Assembly: GCA_050746125.1 (NCBI GenBank)
Contig: JBOGKX010000012.1
Location: 28,575 to 92,574, forward strand
Direction: 5' to 3'
DNA: 64,000 nt
Source: Terriglobales bacterium
GTDB taxonomy: Bacteria; Acidobacteriota; Terriglobia; Terriglobales; SCQP01
The position numbers were made by a program, and so were the translations under genes. Under the pieces are notes generated by a model. That model saw only the letters and a list, made by a program, of their open reading frames with translations, ran no database searches and was not told the origin of the DNA. This document shows positions 9,140 to 18,323 of this stretch, piece by piece (the first letter of the stretch is position 1; each line of letters opens with the position of its first letter).

Positions 9140-11107
9140 ATGAAGTTCTTTTCTCGAACGTGGTACTTGCCGCTAGCCTTGAGCGTGGCGGCCGGCCTGT
9201 GCTGGGGACAGCAGCCCACGCAGTATCCCGGCGAGCAGCAATCGCCTGGGCAGCAGCAGCAACCGGCGCAGGCACAACCGCCCGCGCAACAGCCTGGCGC
9301 CAGCAGCGATACCCAAACTCAGACTCAGGTACAGAGCGCGATCGACGCCAACTCCGCATTGAAAGCGGCGGGCGTGACCGCCACGGTGACCAATGGACAG
9401 GTCACGCTCATGGGCGTAGTCGGCGACAACTCGCTGAAAGATGAAGCCGAAAGCGCCGCGAAATCAGTCGCGGGTGTGACTAGCATCCAAAATCTAATCA
9501 CCGTCAGTCCCAGCGCGGGGCAACAGACAACGCAGCCAAGTCAAGCGCAGCAGCCGGGCCAGCAGCAACCCGCGCAGCCCGGCCAGGAACAGCAGCCCGG
9601 CCAGCAACCGGCGCAACCTGGGCAGCAGCCGACACAGCCGGGCCAGCAGCCGCCTTCGTCTCAGCCGGGGCAGCAGGCACAGCCGCCCGCGGCACAGCCG
9701 GGGCAACAGCCCACGCAACCAGGCCAGGAACAGCAACCAGAGCAGCAGCCGACGCAGCCGGGGCAACAACCCGCGCAGCCCGGCCAGGAACAGCAGCCCG
9801 GCCAGCAACCGGCGCAGCCTGGGCAGCAGCCGACACAGCCGGGCCAGATGCCGCCTTCGTCTCAGCCGGGGCAGCAGGCACAGCCGCCCGCGGCACAGCC
9901 GGGGCAACAGCCCACGCAACCCGGCCAGGAGCAGCAGCCGGGCCAGCAGCCAACCCAGCCGGGTCAAACGCCGCCTTCAGCGCAACCGGGACAGCCGGCT
10001 CAGCCGCCGGCGCAGCCTGAGGCGGGGACCGGCATACAAGGGCAAGTCAATTCGGCTTTGATGAACGACCCGGAGCTCGGCAAATATGCACTGACGGCTT
10101 CGGTGGATCCCAAGGGCGCCGTCACGCTCTCCGGCACCGTGCCGAACAAGAGTGATAAGAAGCACGCCAAGCAAGTGGTCGAAGACGTCGGCGGCGTCAC
10201 TAAGGTTCACAACAAAATCAAGGTCAATTCCAGCGCTACGCCGATGCAAGGCCAGCCGCCGCAAGGGCAAACGCCGCCGGCGGAACAGCCACCCTATTCA
10301 GGGCAGCAGCCCACGACGCAGCAGCCTCCGACGCAGCCCAGCCAGCCACCGGCGACGGAGCCACAACAGCCGCCGACTTCCGAGCCTCCTAATGGCGAGC
10401 CGCCCCTGCTAGGGCCGCATTCGCCGCTAGGCCAAAACGGCTCGGCCGGAGCGCCGGGAACGGCGGCACCGGTGCAACAGAGTCAGTCGAGCCAGACCAA
10501 TCCGGCCACCGGGCAGCAGTCGGTGGATACGTCGCAACAATTGCAACAGCAACTGACGCAGGCGCTCGCGAACGATCCGGAGCTTTCGAAATACGGCGTG
10601 AAGGGCGTCGTCACCGGCAATGGCAAGGTCACGCTCGAAGGCGTGGTGCCCAGCAAGTCGGATAAGAAGCACGCCGAAGTGCTCGCCAAGGGAATCAACG
10701 GCGTGCGCGCCGTGGATGACAAATTGACCGTGGATGCCAACGCCAAGCCAGTCAGCACCGAACAACAACCCTCGGAGCAACCGCCGGCGCAACAGCCTCC
10801 GCAAACGCCAGGCGGCGGCGTGCTCTGGAGCCAGCAATCGAGCGCGCAAGCGGCGGCCAATCCGGCAATGCCGCAGGACGAAGAGACGCAGCTGCAAAAC
10901 TCGCTCAAGAACGATCCGGCGTTGAGCGGCGTGAACGCCGCAGTGAGCGGCAACACCGTCACACTGACCGGCACGGTGGGCAGCAGGGCGGACAAGAAGC
11001 GCGCCGAGGACATGATCAAGAAAGCAGCTCCGAAAGGCGCCAAAATCCACGATCGGATCAAGGTGCAGAAGACGAGCCAGGGCGCGCAGCAACCCCCGGC
11101 CTTGTAA
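9140..11107 (+). CDS. Secreted protein with four BON domains separated by Q/P-rich low-complexity linkers
   Basis: The start is moved to MKFFSRTWYLPLALSVAAGLCWG, a signal peptide with a GAGGGG SD-like run upstream. There are four BON-like blocks, for example NDPELGKYALTASVDPKGAVTLSGTVPNKSDKKHAKQVVEDVGGVTKVHNKIKV. Long QPGQQPTQPG tracts lie between them. Confidence 0.8.
   Translation: MKFFSRTWYLPLALSVAAGLCWGQQPTQYPGEQQSPGQQQQPAQAQPPAQQPGASSDTQTQTQVQSAIDANSALKAAGVTATVTNGQVTLMGVVGDNSLKDEAESAAKSVAGVTSIQNLITVSPSAGQQTTQPSQAQQPGQQQPAQPGQEQQPGQQPAQPGQQPTQPGQQPPSSQPGQQAQPPAAQPGQQPTQPGQEQQPEQQPTQPGQQPAQPGQEQQPGQQPAQPGQQPTQPGQMPPSSQPGQQAQPPAAQPGQQPTQPGQEQQPGQQPTQPGQTPPSAQPGQPAQPPAQPEAGTGIQGQVNSALMNDPELGKYALTASVDPKGAVTLSGTVPNKSDKKHAKQVVEDVGGVTKVHNKIKVNSSATPMQGQPPQGQTPPAEQPPYSGQQPTTQQPPTQPSQPPATEPQQPPTSEPPNGEPPLLGPHSPLGQNGSAGAPGTAAPVQQSQSSQTNPATGQQSVDTSQQLQQQLTQALANDPELSKYGVKGVVTGNGKVTLEGVVPSKSDKKHAEVLAKGINGVRAVDDKLTVDANAKPVSTEQQPSEQPPAQQPPQTPGGGVLWSQQSSAQAAANPAMPQDEETQLQNSLKNDPALSGVNAAVSGNTVTLTGTVGSRADKKRAEDMIKKAAPKGAKIHDRIKVQKTSQGAQQPPAL
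9575..9976 (+). repeat. Tandem duplication of a 201-bp (67-codon) unit inside the BON gene
   Basis: The unit starting cagcccggccaggaacagcagcccggccagcaaccggcgca at 9575 recurs at 9776. By eye, the first ~150 nt of the two units differ at only a handful of positions, and the last ~45 nt diverge. Confidence 0.85.
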
Positions 11108-12455
11108 GGATGGCGGCGAAGAACCCCTCGGTGGCGAAAGATCCGGGCAGAATCTCGAGAAACGGCCCGGAAGATGACAGGCGAGCGGCGGTGCCGGCTA
11201 CAAGCTGGCCCGCCGCTTCAATTTTTTCGAGCACGGCGGCGACAGGAAGAAGTTGCAGGCCAGGTTGCGCGGCGAGGACGGCGCGGACGATTTGCTCGCC
11301 TTCCTCCGGTTCGATGGAACAGACGCTATAAACCAGCCGGCCGCCAGGGGCCAGCACCGCTAGCGCCTGCTCGAGAATGCGGCGCTGGCGCAAGGCAAAG
11401 CGCGCAAGATCATCGGGCTGCAACCGCCAGCGAATCTCCGGATTGCGCTGCAGCGTGCCCGTGCCCGAACACGGCGGATCGACCAAAATGCGATCCCAGC
11501 CGCCGCCTGGGAAGGGCAGCGGGCGCTCGGCGTCAGCGACGACGACGCTAGCCGCCGCGGGCAGGCGCGCGCGCAGGCCGGCGGCGCGGCGCGGCGAGCG
11601 GTCAACCGCGACCAGGCGGGAGGACGCGGCCAGCGCGGCCAGAATGGCGGCCTTGCCGCCGGGCGCGGCGCAGAGATCGAGCACGCGGGCGGCGTCTTCC
11701 GGCGTGAGCAGGTATGGGATCATCTGCGATGCCTCGTCTTGTATGGCGACGGCGCCGGTCGGCAGGGGCGAGGCATGGAAGATGTCACCGGCGGTCACGC
11801 GGCGGGCGGCGCGGAGCAGGCGACCGGGCTCGAGGACGATGCCGGCGGCGGCCAAGTCCTCCCAAAGCTGGCTTCCCAGCGTGCCCGGCGCCGACGGGCG
11901 CAGCGCCGGTATGGGCGTCTCGTTATCGTGGATGGCGATTGCTTCCGCGGCAGCTTCTCCCCAGCGGCGCTGCCAGCGGTCGAGCAGCCAGCCGGGGTGG
12001 GAGAGCCGGATGTCGCGACGGCGAATGGGATCGGGTTCGCGCGCCAGCAAGGCCTCGAGCGTTTGCGGCGCGGCGGCAGCGGCGCGCCGCAACACGGCAT
12101 TGACGAAGCCGGCGGCGCGGCCGCCGGCGGCCTTGGCGAGCTCGACGCTTTCGTGCACGGCGGCCACCGCCGGCACGCGATCAAGATAGCGCAATTGATA
12201 AATGCCCAGGCGCAGGGCGGTGCGCGCCACCGGCGCCAATCCTTTGATAGGGCGCCGCGCGGCGACTTCGGCCAAAAAATCGAGTTCGCTGCGGTGGCGA
12301 AGCACGCCCAGGCCGAGTTCGAGCGCCAGGGCGCGGTCGCGCGCGGCGCAGCGGCGCGCCGCCGCGCCCTGCATCCAGGCGCCGACGTGTGCGCCCCGCT
12401 CCTCGACGGCGAGCAGCAGCGCGGCGGCGACTTGGCGGGCAGGCGCGGCGGGCAT
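11058..12455 (-). CDS. rsmB: 16S rRNA (cytosine967-C5)-methyltransferase
   Basis: 465 aa. An NusB-like N-terminus is followed by a SAM methyltransferase domain with the PPCSGTGTLQRNPE and YSVCSIEPEE motifs. Confidence 0.85.
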   Translation of the reverse strand: MPAAPARQVAAALLLAVEERGAHVGAWMQGAAARRCAARDRALALELGLGVLRHRSELDFLAEVAARRPIKGLAPVARTALRLGIYQLRYLDRVPAVAAVHESVELAKAAGGRAAGFVNAVLRRAAAAAPQTLEALLAREPDPIRRRDIRLSHPGWLLDRWQRRWGEAAAEAIAIHDNETPIPALRPSAPGTLGSQLWEDLAAAGIVLEPGRLLRAARRVTAGDIFHASPLPTGAVAIQDEASQMIPYLLTPEDAARVLDLCAAPGGKAAILAALAASSRLVAVDRSPRRAAGLRARLPAAASVVVADAERPLPFPGGGWDRILVDPPCSGTGTLQRNPEIRWRLQPDDLARFALRQRRILEQALAVLAPGGRLVYSVCSIEPEEGEQIVRAVLAAQPGLQLLPVAAVLEKIEAAGQLVAGTAARLSSSGPFLEILPGSFATEGFFAAILTRPGVAARPGSSSAP

Positions 12456-12492
12456 GATGGCTCGAAAAATTGCCTATCCTACTCTAAGCACA

Positions 12493-14031
12493 ATGCCCCC
12501 TCACGATCCCGACGTGTACGCGGTATTCGGCGCCGAGCCCGAAGTGGCCGCCTACGCCATGGCTAAATACAGTCGCTCGGCGCTCTCCCTGCGCGAAAGC
12601 TTGCGCGAGATTAGCGAGCAAAAGGCGGAAAAGTTCCTCGACACGTTTTATTTTCAATACGGCCACCGCTCCATCGCCGACCTGGCGCACGTCAGCTTGG
12701 CGGTCGAGCGGCTCTCGATTCTGGCGGCCATCGAGGTCGCCGACGAGAGCAAATGGGACGGGCAGGAGCGCTCGACGCGCTACCAGGAGTTCGGCGCCGG
12801 GGTAGAGGCGGGGCTGGCCTGGCGGCGGCCGCCGGAGCTGCCCGCGCAGTCCGGCTACGATGCCGCGATGCGGGAATTGTTCGCGGCGTATGAAGTTGTC
12901 TCGGCGCGCGTGCATGCCTATTACCGCTCCGTCGTGCCGCGCCCGGAGACGATGAAGCCGGAGACCTACGATCGCACGCTGCGGGCGCGGGCTTTCGATG
13001 CCGGCCGGTATCTGCTGCCGCTGGGCACGACCACCAGCTTGGGCCAGATCGTCAGCGCGCGGGTGCTGGAACAACAGATCGCGCGCCTGTTGTCGTCGCC
13101 TTATGCGGAATCGCGGGCGGTGGGCGAGACCTTGCGCGCGGCGGCGAGCACGCCGGCCCACGACCCGCGCCGCGACGACCTCGAGCGCTTGGCGGAGTTC
13201 GTGCGAAGCCAGACAGCGCAGCCGGGCGCGGCCGAGGCTCTGGCGGCGGTGGAGCGGCTGGCGCGGCCGGTTCGGGTCGCGCCGACGCTGGTGAAATACG
13301 CCGAAGCCAGCGCCTATCGCATCGAAACGCGCCGTGAGCTGGCGGAGGCGGCGCGCGAGGTGCTGGCAACGGCGATGCCGGAAAGCCAACCCGGCGTGAC
13401 GCTGCTCGAGCCCGAGCCGCTTGACGTCGAGGTAGCGGCGACCCTGCTTTATGGCGCCAGCCATCATTCTTATCGTCAGACGGCGGCGGCGGTGGCCGCC
13501 TTGCCGGCGGCGCGGCGGGCGGAAATCATTTCGATCGGCTGGCGGCATCGCGGCCCGCATGACGAACTGTTGCGTGAGTATCAGGCCGGGCAGGCGCTGC
13601 GTTTCGACATTCTGATGGATGTCGGCGGCTATCGCGATCTGCACCGCCATCGGCGCTGCGTGCAAGTGGCGCAAGAGTTTACCTGGATGCACGGATACGC
13701 TGCGCCGCCGGTGCTGGCCGAGTGCGGAGTGGAGCCGGTCTATGGCGCCGCCCTGGAGCAGGTCAGGCAGCAGGCGGAGGCGATCGAGGGCCAGTCGCGC
13801 GAGGCGGCGGTTTACTTGATGCCGCTGGCCTTCCGTCGCCGCTGCCTGTTCAAGATGGACTTGGCGGAGGCCAACTATATCGCCGAGCAGCGCACCGCCC
13901 CGGCCGGCCACGGCTCTTACCGGGAGGCGGCGTGGGCGATGTATGAGGCAGTGCGGCAACGGCATCCGAGCCTGGCACGGGCCTGGCGGGTGACGCCGCT
14001 CGAGCCGGCGCCCGACCTGTTGCGGCGATAG
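12493..14031 (+). CDS. thyX: FAD-dependent thymidylate synthase-like protein, long fused two-domain form
   Basis: The start is moved to [13 protein letters not shown], because the track start at 12202 lies inside rsmB antisense. ThyX-like elements are [20 protein letters not shown], and in the second half [12 protein letters not shown]. Confidence 0.7.
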   Translation: MPPHDPDVYAVFGAEPEVAAYAMAKYSRSALSLRESLREISEQKAEKFLDTFYFQYGHRSIADLAHVSLAVERLSILAAIEVADESKWDGQERSTRYQEFGAGVEAGLAWRRPPELPAQSGYDAAMRELFAAYEVVSARVHAYYRSVVPRPETMKPETYDRTLRARAFDAGRYLLPLGTTTSLGQIVSARVLEQQIARLLSSPYAESRAVGETLRAAASTPAHDPRRDDLERLAEFVRSQTAQPGAAEALAAVERLARPVRVAPTLVKYAEASAYRIETRRELAEAAREVLATAMPESQPGVTLLEPEPLDVEVAATLLYGASHHSYRQTAAAVAALPAARRAEIISIGWRHRGPHDELLREYQAGQALRFDILMDVGGYRDLHRHRRCVQVAQEFTWMHGYAAPPVLAECGVEPVYGAALEQVRQQAEAIEGQSREAAVYLMPLAFRRRCLFKMDLAEANYIAEQRTAPAGHGSYREAAWAMYEAVRQRHPSLARAWRVTPLEPAPDLLRR

Positions 14032-14066
14032 GCTTGCGGGCTGCGGCGCGCGGGCGGTCTGCTATC

Positions 14067-14654
14067 ATGGGCATCGCTATGGCCGAACGTGCGAGAAGCG
14101 GACGCGTGCTGCTGGAAGAGAAGGCGCAGCTGATGTCGGCCAGCGAGATCGAGCGCACGCTGGTACGCTTGGCGCACGAGATCGTGGAGAAGAACAACGG
14201 CGCCGAGCGGCTCGCCTTGATCGGAATCCGCCGCCGGGGCGTCCCGCTGGCGCAGCGGCTGGCGGCGCTGATCGCGCGCATCGAATCTCGTCCGGTGCCG
14301 GTCGGCGTCCTCGATATCGCCCTCTACCGCGACGATCTTACGACGGTCGGTCAAAAGCCGGTGGTCAAGCCCACCCAGATCGATTTCGACATCAGCGGCT
14401 TGAACGTCGTGCTGGTGGACGACGTGCTCTACACCGGGCGCACGACACGGGCGGCGCTCGACGCCCTCTTCGACCACGGCCGGCCGCGGCGGGTGCAACT
14501 GTGCGCGCTGATCGACCGCGGCCATCGCGAACTGCCGATCGAGGCCAGCTTCGTCGGCAAGTACGTGCAGACTACGGAGCGAGAGATCATCGAAGTCAAG
14601 CTGACGGAAGTGGACGACAGCGAGCGGGTGCTGCTCGTCCAGCCGGTCGGGTAA
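14067..14654 (+). CDS. pyrR: Bifunctional pyrimidine operon regulator / uracil phosphoribosyltransferase
   Basis: Contains the [22 protein letters not shown]-binding motif and [16 protein letters not shown]. The start is ambiguous: ATG at 14067 or at 14079. Confidence 0.9.
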   Translation: MGIAMAERARSGRVLLEEKAQLMSASEIERTLVRLAHEIVEKNNGAERLALIGIRRRGVPLAQRLAALIARIESRPVPVGVLDIALYRDDLTTVGQKPVVKPTQIDFDISGLNVVLVDDVLYTGRTTRAALDALFDHGRPRRVQLCALIDRGHRELPIEASFVGKYVQTTEREIIEVKLTEVDDSERVLLVQPVG

Positions 14655-14656
14655 GC

Positions 14657-15619
14657 ATGCGGGCGATGGCGAGCGGACGCGGCGGCGCGGCGGGGCAGGC
14701 CGAAAGCGAGCCGTTGCGCCATTTGTTGGGCATCGAGCCGCTGGCCACGGGGCAGATTCAAACGCTGCTCGATGCCGCGGCGGCTTTTCACGCGCAAGCG
14801 CCGCCCAAGCTGCTGGCGGGACGGCGCGTGCTGCTGTTGTTTTACGAGGCTTCGACCCGCACGCGGACGTCTTTCGAGGTGGCGGCGCGGCGCTTGGGCG
14901 CCGAGACGGTTTCGATCACCGCCGCCGCCAGCAGCATCGAGAAGGGCGAGTCGCTGCTCGACACCGTCTATACCCTGCAAGCGATGGCGATCGACGCCAT
15001 CGTAATGCGCCATGCCGACAGCGGCGCGCCGGTGCTGGTGGCGCGCCACGTGGAGGTGCCGGTGATTAACGCCGGCGACGGCATGCACGAGCATCCAACC
15101 CAGGCGCTGCTCGACGCCTTCACCATCCTGCGCCACAAAGGGCGAATCGCCGGCTTGAAGGTGGCGATCATCGGGGATATCTTGCATAGCCGGGTGGCGC
15201 GTTCCAATCTTTGGCTGCTGTCGCGCTTCGGCGCCGACGTGAGGTTGTGCGGGCCGCCCAGCCTGCTGCCCGCCGCCTTCGCCGCTTTCGGGCCCGGCGT
15301 GAGTGTAACCCATCGCTTGGACCAGGCCTTGCAGGACGCCGACGTGGTGATGGTGCTGCGTATTCAAATGGAGCGCATGCGCGAGGCGTTCTTTCCCAGC
15401 GAAGCCGAGTACGTGCAGCTCTATTCGGTCACGACCGAGCGGCTGCGGCTGGCGCGGCCGGAAGCCATCGTCATGCATCCCGGGCCGATGATCCGCGGCG
15501 TCGAGATCGCCGCCGAGGTGGCGGATTCGCCGCAATCGGTGATTCGCGAGCAGGTGGAAAACGGCGTGTTGATCCGCATGGCGACGCTCAGCCGGCTGCT
15601 GGCGGGGCGCGCGGCATGA
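14657..15619 (+). CDS. pyrB: Aspartate carbamoyltransferase catalytic subunit
   Basis: STRTRTSFE and HPTQALLD motifs. The start is moved to the ATG at 14657, just after the pyrR stop. Confidence 0.92.
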   Translation: MRAMASGRGGAAGQAESEPLRHLLGIEPLATGQIQTLLDAAAAFHAQAPPKLLAGRRVLLLFYEASTRTRTSFEVAARRLGAETVSITAAASSIEKGESLLDTVYTLQAMAIDAIVMRHADSGAPVLVARHVEVPVINAGDGMHEHPTQALLDAFTILRHKGRIAGLKVAIIGDILHSRVARSNLWLLSRFGADVRLCGPPSLLPAAFAAFGPGVSVTHRLDQALQDADVVMVLRIQMERMREAFFPSEAEYVQLYSVTTERLRLARPEAIVMHPGPMIRGVEIAAEVADSPQSVIREQVENGVLIRMATLSRLLAGRAA

Positions 15620-16899
15620 ACCTCATCCTGAAGAACGGGCGGGTGCTCGATCCAGCCGCCGATCGCGATTTCGTCGGCGACGTAGTGGTGCAAGAAGGGC
15701 GGATTCGCGACCTGGGCGCGGGCATTGCCGCCTCCGGCCCCGGCGTGGTCGACTGCACGGGGCTGGTGATCTGCCCGGGGTTCATCGACCTGCACACGCA
15801 CCTGCGCGAGCCGGGGTTCGAGTACAAAGAGACGATCGAAAGCGGCACGCAAGCGGCGGTGGTGGGCGGCTTTACGGCCGTCTGCGCCATGCCCAATACC
15901 AACCCGGTTAACGACGGCGCCGGCACGACCATGTATCTGCGGCAGCGGGCGCTGGAGATCGGCGCGGCGCGCGTATACCCGGTGGGCGCGATCACGCAGG
16001 CGAGCCGCGGCGAGGCGCTGGCCGCGATCGGGGAGATGAAGCGGGCCGGCGCCGTGGCCCTTTCCGATGACGGGCGGCCGGTGATGAATCCGCAGATCAT
16101 GCGCCGCGCCATGGAGTACGCGGCTATGTTCGACCTGCCCATCGTCGAGCATGCCGAGGATCTTTTGCTCTCCGCTGGCGGGGTGATGCACGAGGGTCCG
16201 GCGGCCCTGCGGCTGGGATTACGCGGCATCAGCGCCGAATCCGAAGCGGCCATGGTGGCGCGCGACATTTTGCTGGCCCGGCAGACCGGCGCTCACCTGC
16301 ACGTGGCCCACCTCTCGACCGCGCTGGCGGTCGAGGCGGTGCGGGAGGCCAAGGCGCGCGGCGTGCAGGTGACGGCCGAGGTTACGCCCCACCACCTGAC
16401 GCTGTGCGACGAAGACATCCGCGACTACGACGCCAATTTCAAGATGAATCCGCCGCTGCGCTCGCGCGCCGATCGCGAAGCGGTGATCGGCGCCCTGGCC
16501 GACGGCACCATCGACGCCATCGCCACCGATCACGCGCCGCACGCGCCGCACGAAAAGCAGCAGGAGTTCAACCGCGCCCCGTTCGGCGTCATCGGACTGG
16601 AAACGGCGCTGCCGCTGGTGTTGCGGCTGGTCGAGGCCGGCCGCCTACCGCTGCGCCGCGGGATCGAGGCCCTGACGGCGCGGCCGGCGGCGATCTTCGG
16701 CCTGCCGGGCGGGCGGCTGGAGCCGGGCGGAGAGGCGGACCTGACCGTCTTCGATCCGCGCGCCGCCTGGGTGTGCGAGCCGGCGCGGCTGCGCTCGAAG
16801 AGCCGCAACACGCCTTTTGCCGGCTGCGAAATGAAGGGCCAGGCGGTCTATACCATCGTCGGCGGCCGCGTCGTCTTCGCCGCGCGGCCGATCCAATAA
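15616..16899 (+). CDS. pyrC: Dihydroorotase
   Basis: MNLILKNGRVLDP, GFIDLHTHLREPG and ATDHAPH motifs. The start ATG overlaps the pyrB stop (ATGA). Confidence 0.92.
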   Translation: MNLILKNGRVLDPAADRDFVGDVVVQEGRIRDLGAGIAASGPGVVDCTGLVICPGFIDLHTHLREPGFEYKETIESGTQAAVVGGFTAVCAMPNTNPVNDGAGTTMYLRQRALEIGAARVYPVGAITQASRGEALAAIGEMKRAGAVALSDDGRPVMNPQIMRRAMEYAAMFDLPIVEHAEDLLLSAGGVMHEGPAALRLGLRGISAESEAAMVARDILLARQTGAHLHVAHLSTALAVEAVREAKARGVQVTAEVTPHHLTLCDEDIRDYDANFKMNPPLRSRADREAVIGALADGTIDAIATDHAPHAPHEKQQEFNRAPFGVIGLETALPLVLRLVEAGRLPLRRGIEALTARPAAIFGLPGGRLEPGGEADLTVFDPRAAWVCEPARLRSKSRNTPFAGCEMKGQAVYTIVGGRVVFAARPIQ

Positions 16900-16934
16900 G
16901 GCGCCGCGCGCGCTTAGAATCGAAGGCTCTGCCG

Positions 16935-17900
16935 ATGCCGCGCGACTCCTCGACCCCCAATCCGGAGAGCGCCGCCGCGGCGGCGCTCGCGCCGCGCCGC
17001 GCGCGCCACCGCCTCGAATACGCGCCGGTGTGGCTGGCCAAGACGGTGCTGGGCGCTTTCCCGCGGCCGCTGGCGCGGGCCGCCGGCATGGGCGTGGCCG
17101 CCGCCTTTTACGGCGCGCACCGCCGCCTGATTGCCGTCGGCCGGCGCAACCTGGCGCTGGCGTTTCCGAAGTTAAGCGAAGGCGAACGGCGGCGCATCCT
17201 GCGCCGGCTCTACCGCCATCTGGGGCGGCAGTTGGCGGAGTTTTGCTTATTCCCCCGCTACCGCCGCGAGAGCGTCGCGGCGCTCGTCGAAACCGCCGGG
17301 CTCGAGCACTATTTGGCCGCGCGCGCGGCTGGACGGGGAGTGCTGATCCTGACCGCGCATCTGGGGGCGTGGGAGGTTTCGAGCTTCGTCCACAGCCTCA
17401 ACGGCTATCCGCTCAAGTTCGTCATCCGCCCGCTCGACAATCCCTATCTCAACGCCATGGTGAATCGCTCTCGCGGCTTGCACGGCAATCAGCCGATCGG
17501 CAAGCGCGATTTCGCTCGCCAGTTGATTCAGGCCATGCACGCCAACGAAACCGTGGGCATTCTGCTCGACCAGAATTCGTCGCCGCCGCAGGGGGTTTTC
17601 GTCCCCTTCTTCGGCGTGGCGGCCTGCACCGCGGTTGGCTTGGCCAAGATCGCGCTCCGCACCGGCGCTGCGGTGGTGCCGGGATTCACGGTTTGGGAGG
17701 AGGCTAAGCGTAAATACGTCTTACGTTTCGAGCCCGCCTTGCCGCTTGTCTCGAGCGGCGACGAAGAAGCCGACGTCCTCGCCAACACCGCCGCCTATGC
17801 CGCCGTGCTGGAGCGCTGGATCCGCCGCTATCCGGACCAATGGCTCTGGGTGCACCGGCGCTGGAAAACGCGTCCGGCGGGCGAGCCGCCTCTCTATTGA
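16935..17900 (+). CDS. Lipid A biosynthesis lauroyl/acyl-transferase family protein (LpxL/HtrB-type lysophospholipid acyltransferase)
   Basis: 321 aa from MPRDSS. LTAHLGAWE (HxxxxE-type motif) together with overall length and organisation fit the family. Confidence 0.7.
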   Translation: MPRDSSTPNPESAAAAALAPRRARHRLEYAPVWLAKTVLGAFPRPLARAAGMGVAAAFYGAHRRLIAVGRRNLALAFPKLSEGERRRILRRLYRHLGRQLAEFCLFPRYRRESVAALVETAGLEHYLAARAAGRGVLILTAHLGAWEVSSFVHSLNGYPLKFVIRPLDNPYLNAMVNRSRGLHGNQPIGKRDFARQLIQAMHANETVGILLDQNSSPPQGVFVPFFGVAACTAVGLAKIALRTGAAVVPGFTVWEEAKRKYVLRFEPALPLVSSGDEEADVLANTAAYAAVLERWIRRYPDQWLWVHRRWKTRPAGEPPLY

Positions 17901-17910
17901 GCGCGCCGGA

Positions 17911-18270
17911 TCAGCCGGGAGGCCACGCCATGGCGCGCCCGCCTAGCAGATGCAGGTGCAGGTGGAAAACGCTTTGCCCGGCATGCGGCCCGACGTTGAT
18001 CACGGTGCGGTAGCCGCGCTCGAGTCCCAACTCGCCCGCCAAGCGGGCGGCGACGAGTTGCAGATGGCCGAGCAGCGCTTCGTCGGCCGGCGCCGCCTCG
18101 GCCAGACCGGCCAAATGCCGCTTGGGAACGATCAGCACGTGCGTCGGCGCGCCGGGATGCAGGTCGTGGAACGCGAAAACGCGGTCGTCTTCATAAGCTT
18201 TTTTGGCGGGCAACTGGCCGGAGACGATCTTGCAAAAGAGGCAGTCGCTGGACATGGCGGTGAACGACAA
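17911..18270 (-). CDS. HIT (histidine triad) family hydrolase
   Basis: 119 aa. CLFCKI followed by the HLHLHLLGG histidine-triad motif. Confidence 0.9.
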   Translation of the reverse strand: MSFTAMSSDCLFCKIVSGQLPAKKAYEDDRVFAFHDLHPGAPTHVLIVPKRHLAGLAEAAPADEALLGHLQLVAARLAGELGLERGYRTVINVGPHAGQSVFHLHLHLLGGRAMAWPPG

Positions 18271-18323
18271 CAGGCAACGGTAACATGCGCGGCGGCGATT
18301 TAAAATGGGAGCAGGGGTAGAGG

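Noticed and set aside
9494-9967. Repetitive 157- and 149-aa minus-strand ORFs, and the possibility of a CRISPR-like or other repeat array
   Set aside because: They are the reverse complement of the Q/P-codon repeats inside the BON gene. The periodicity is an in-frame 201-bp coding duplication plus short codon-level repeats, with no repeat-spacer architecture.
12484-13965. 493-aa minus-strand ORF
   Set aside because: It lies antisense to the ThyX-like gene and has an Arg-rich composition with no motifs.
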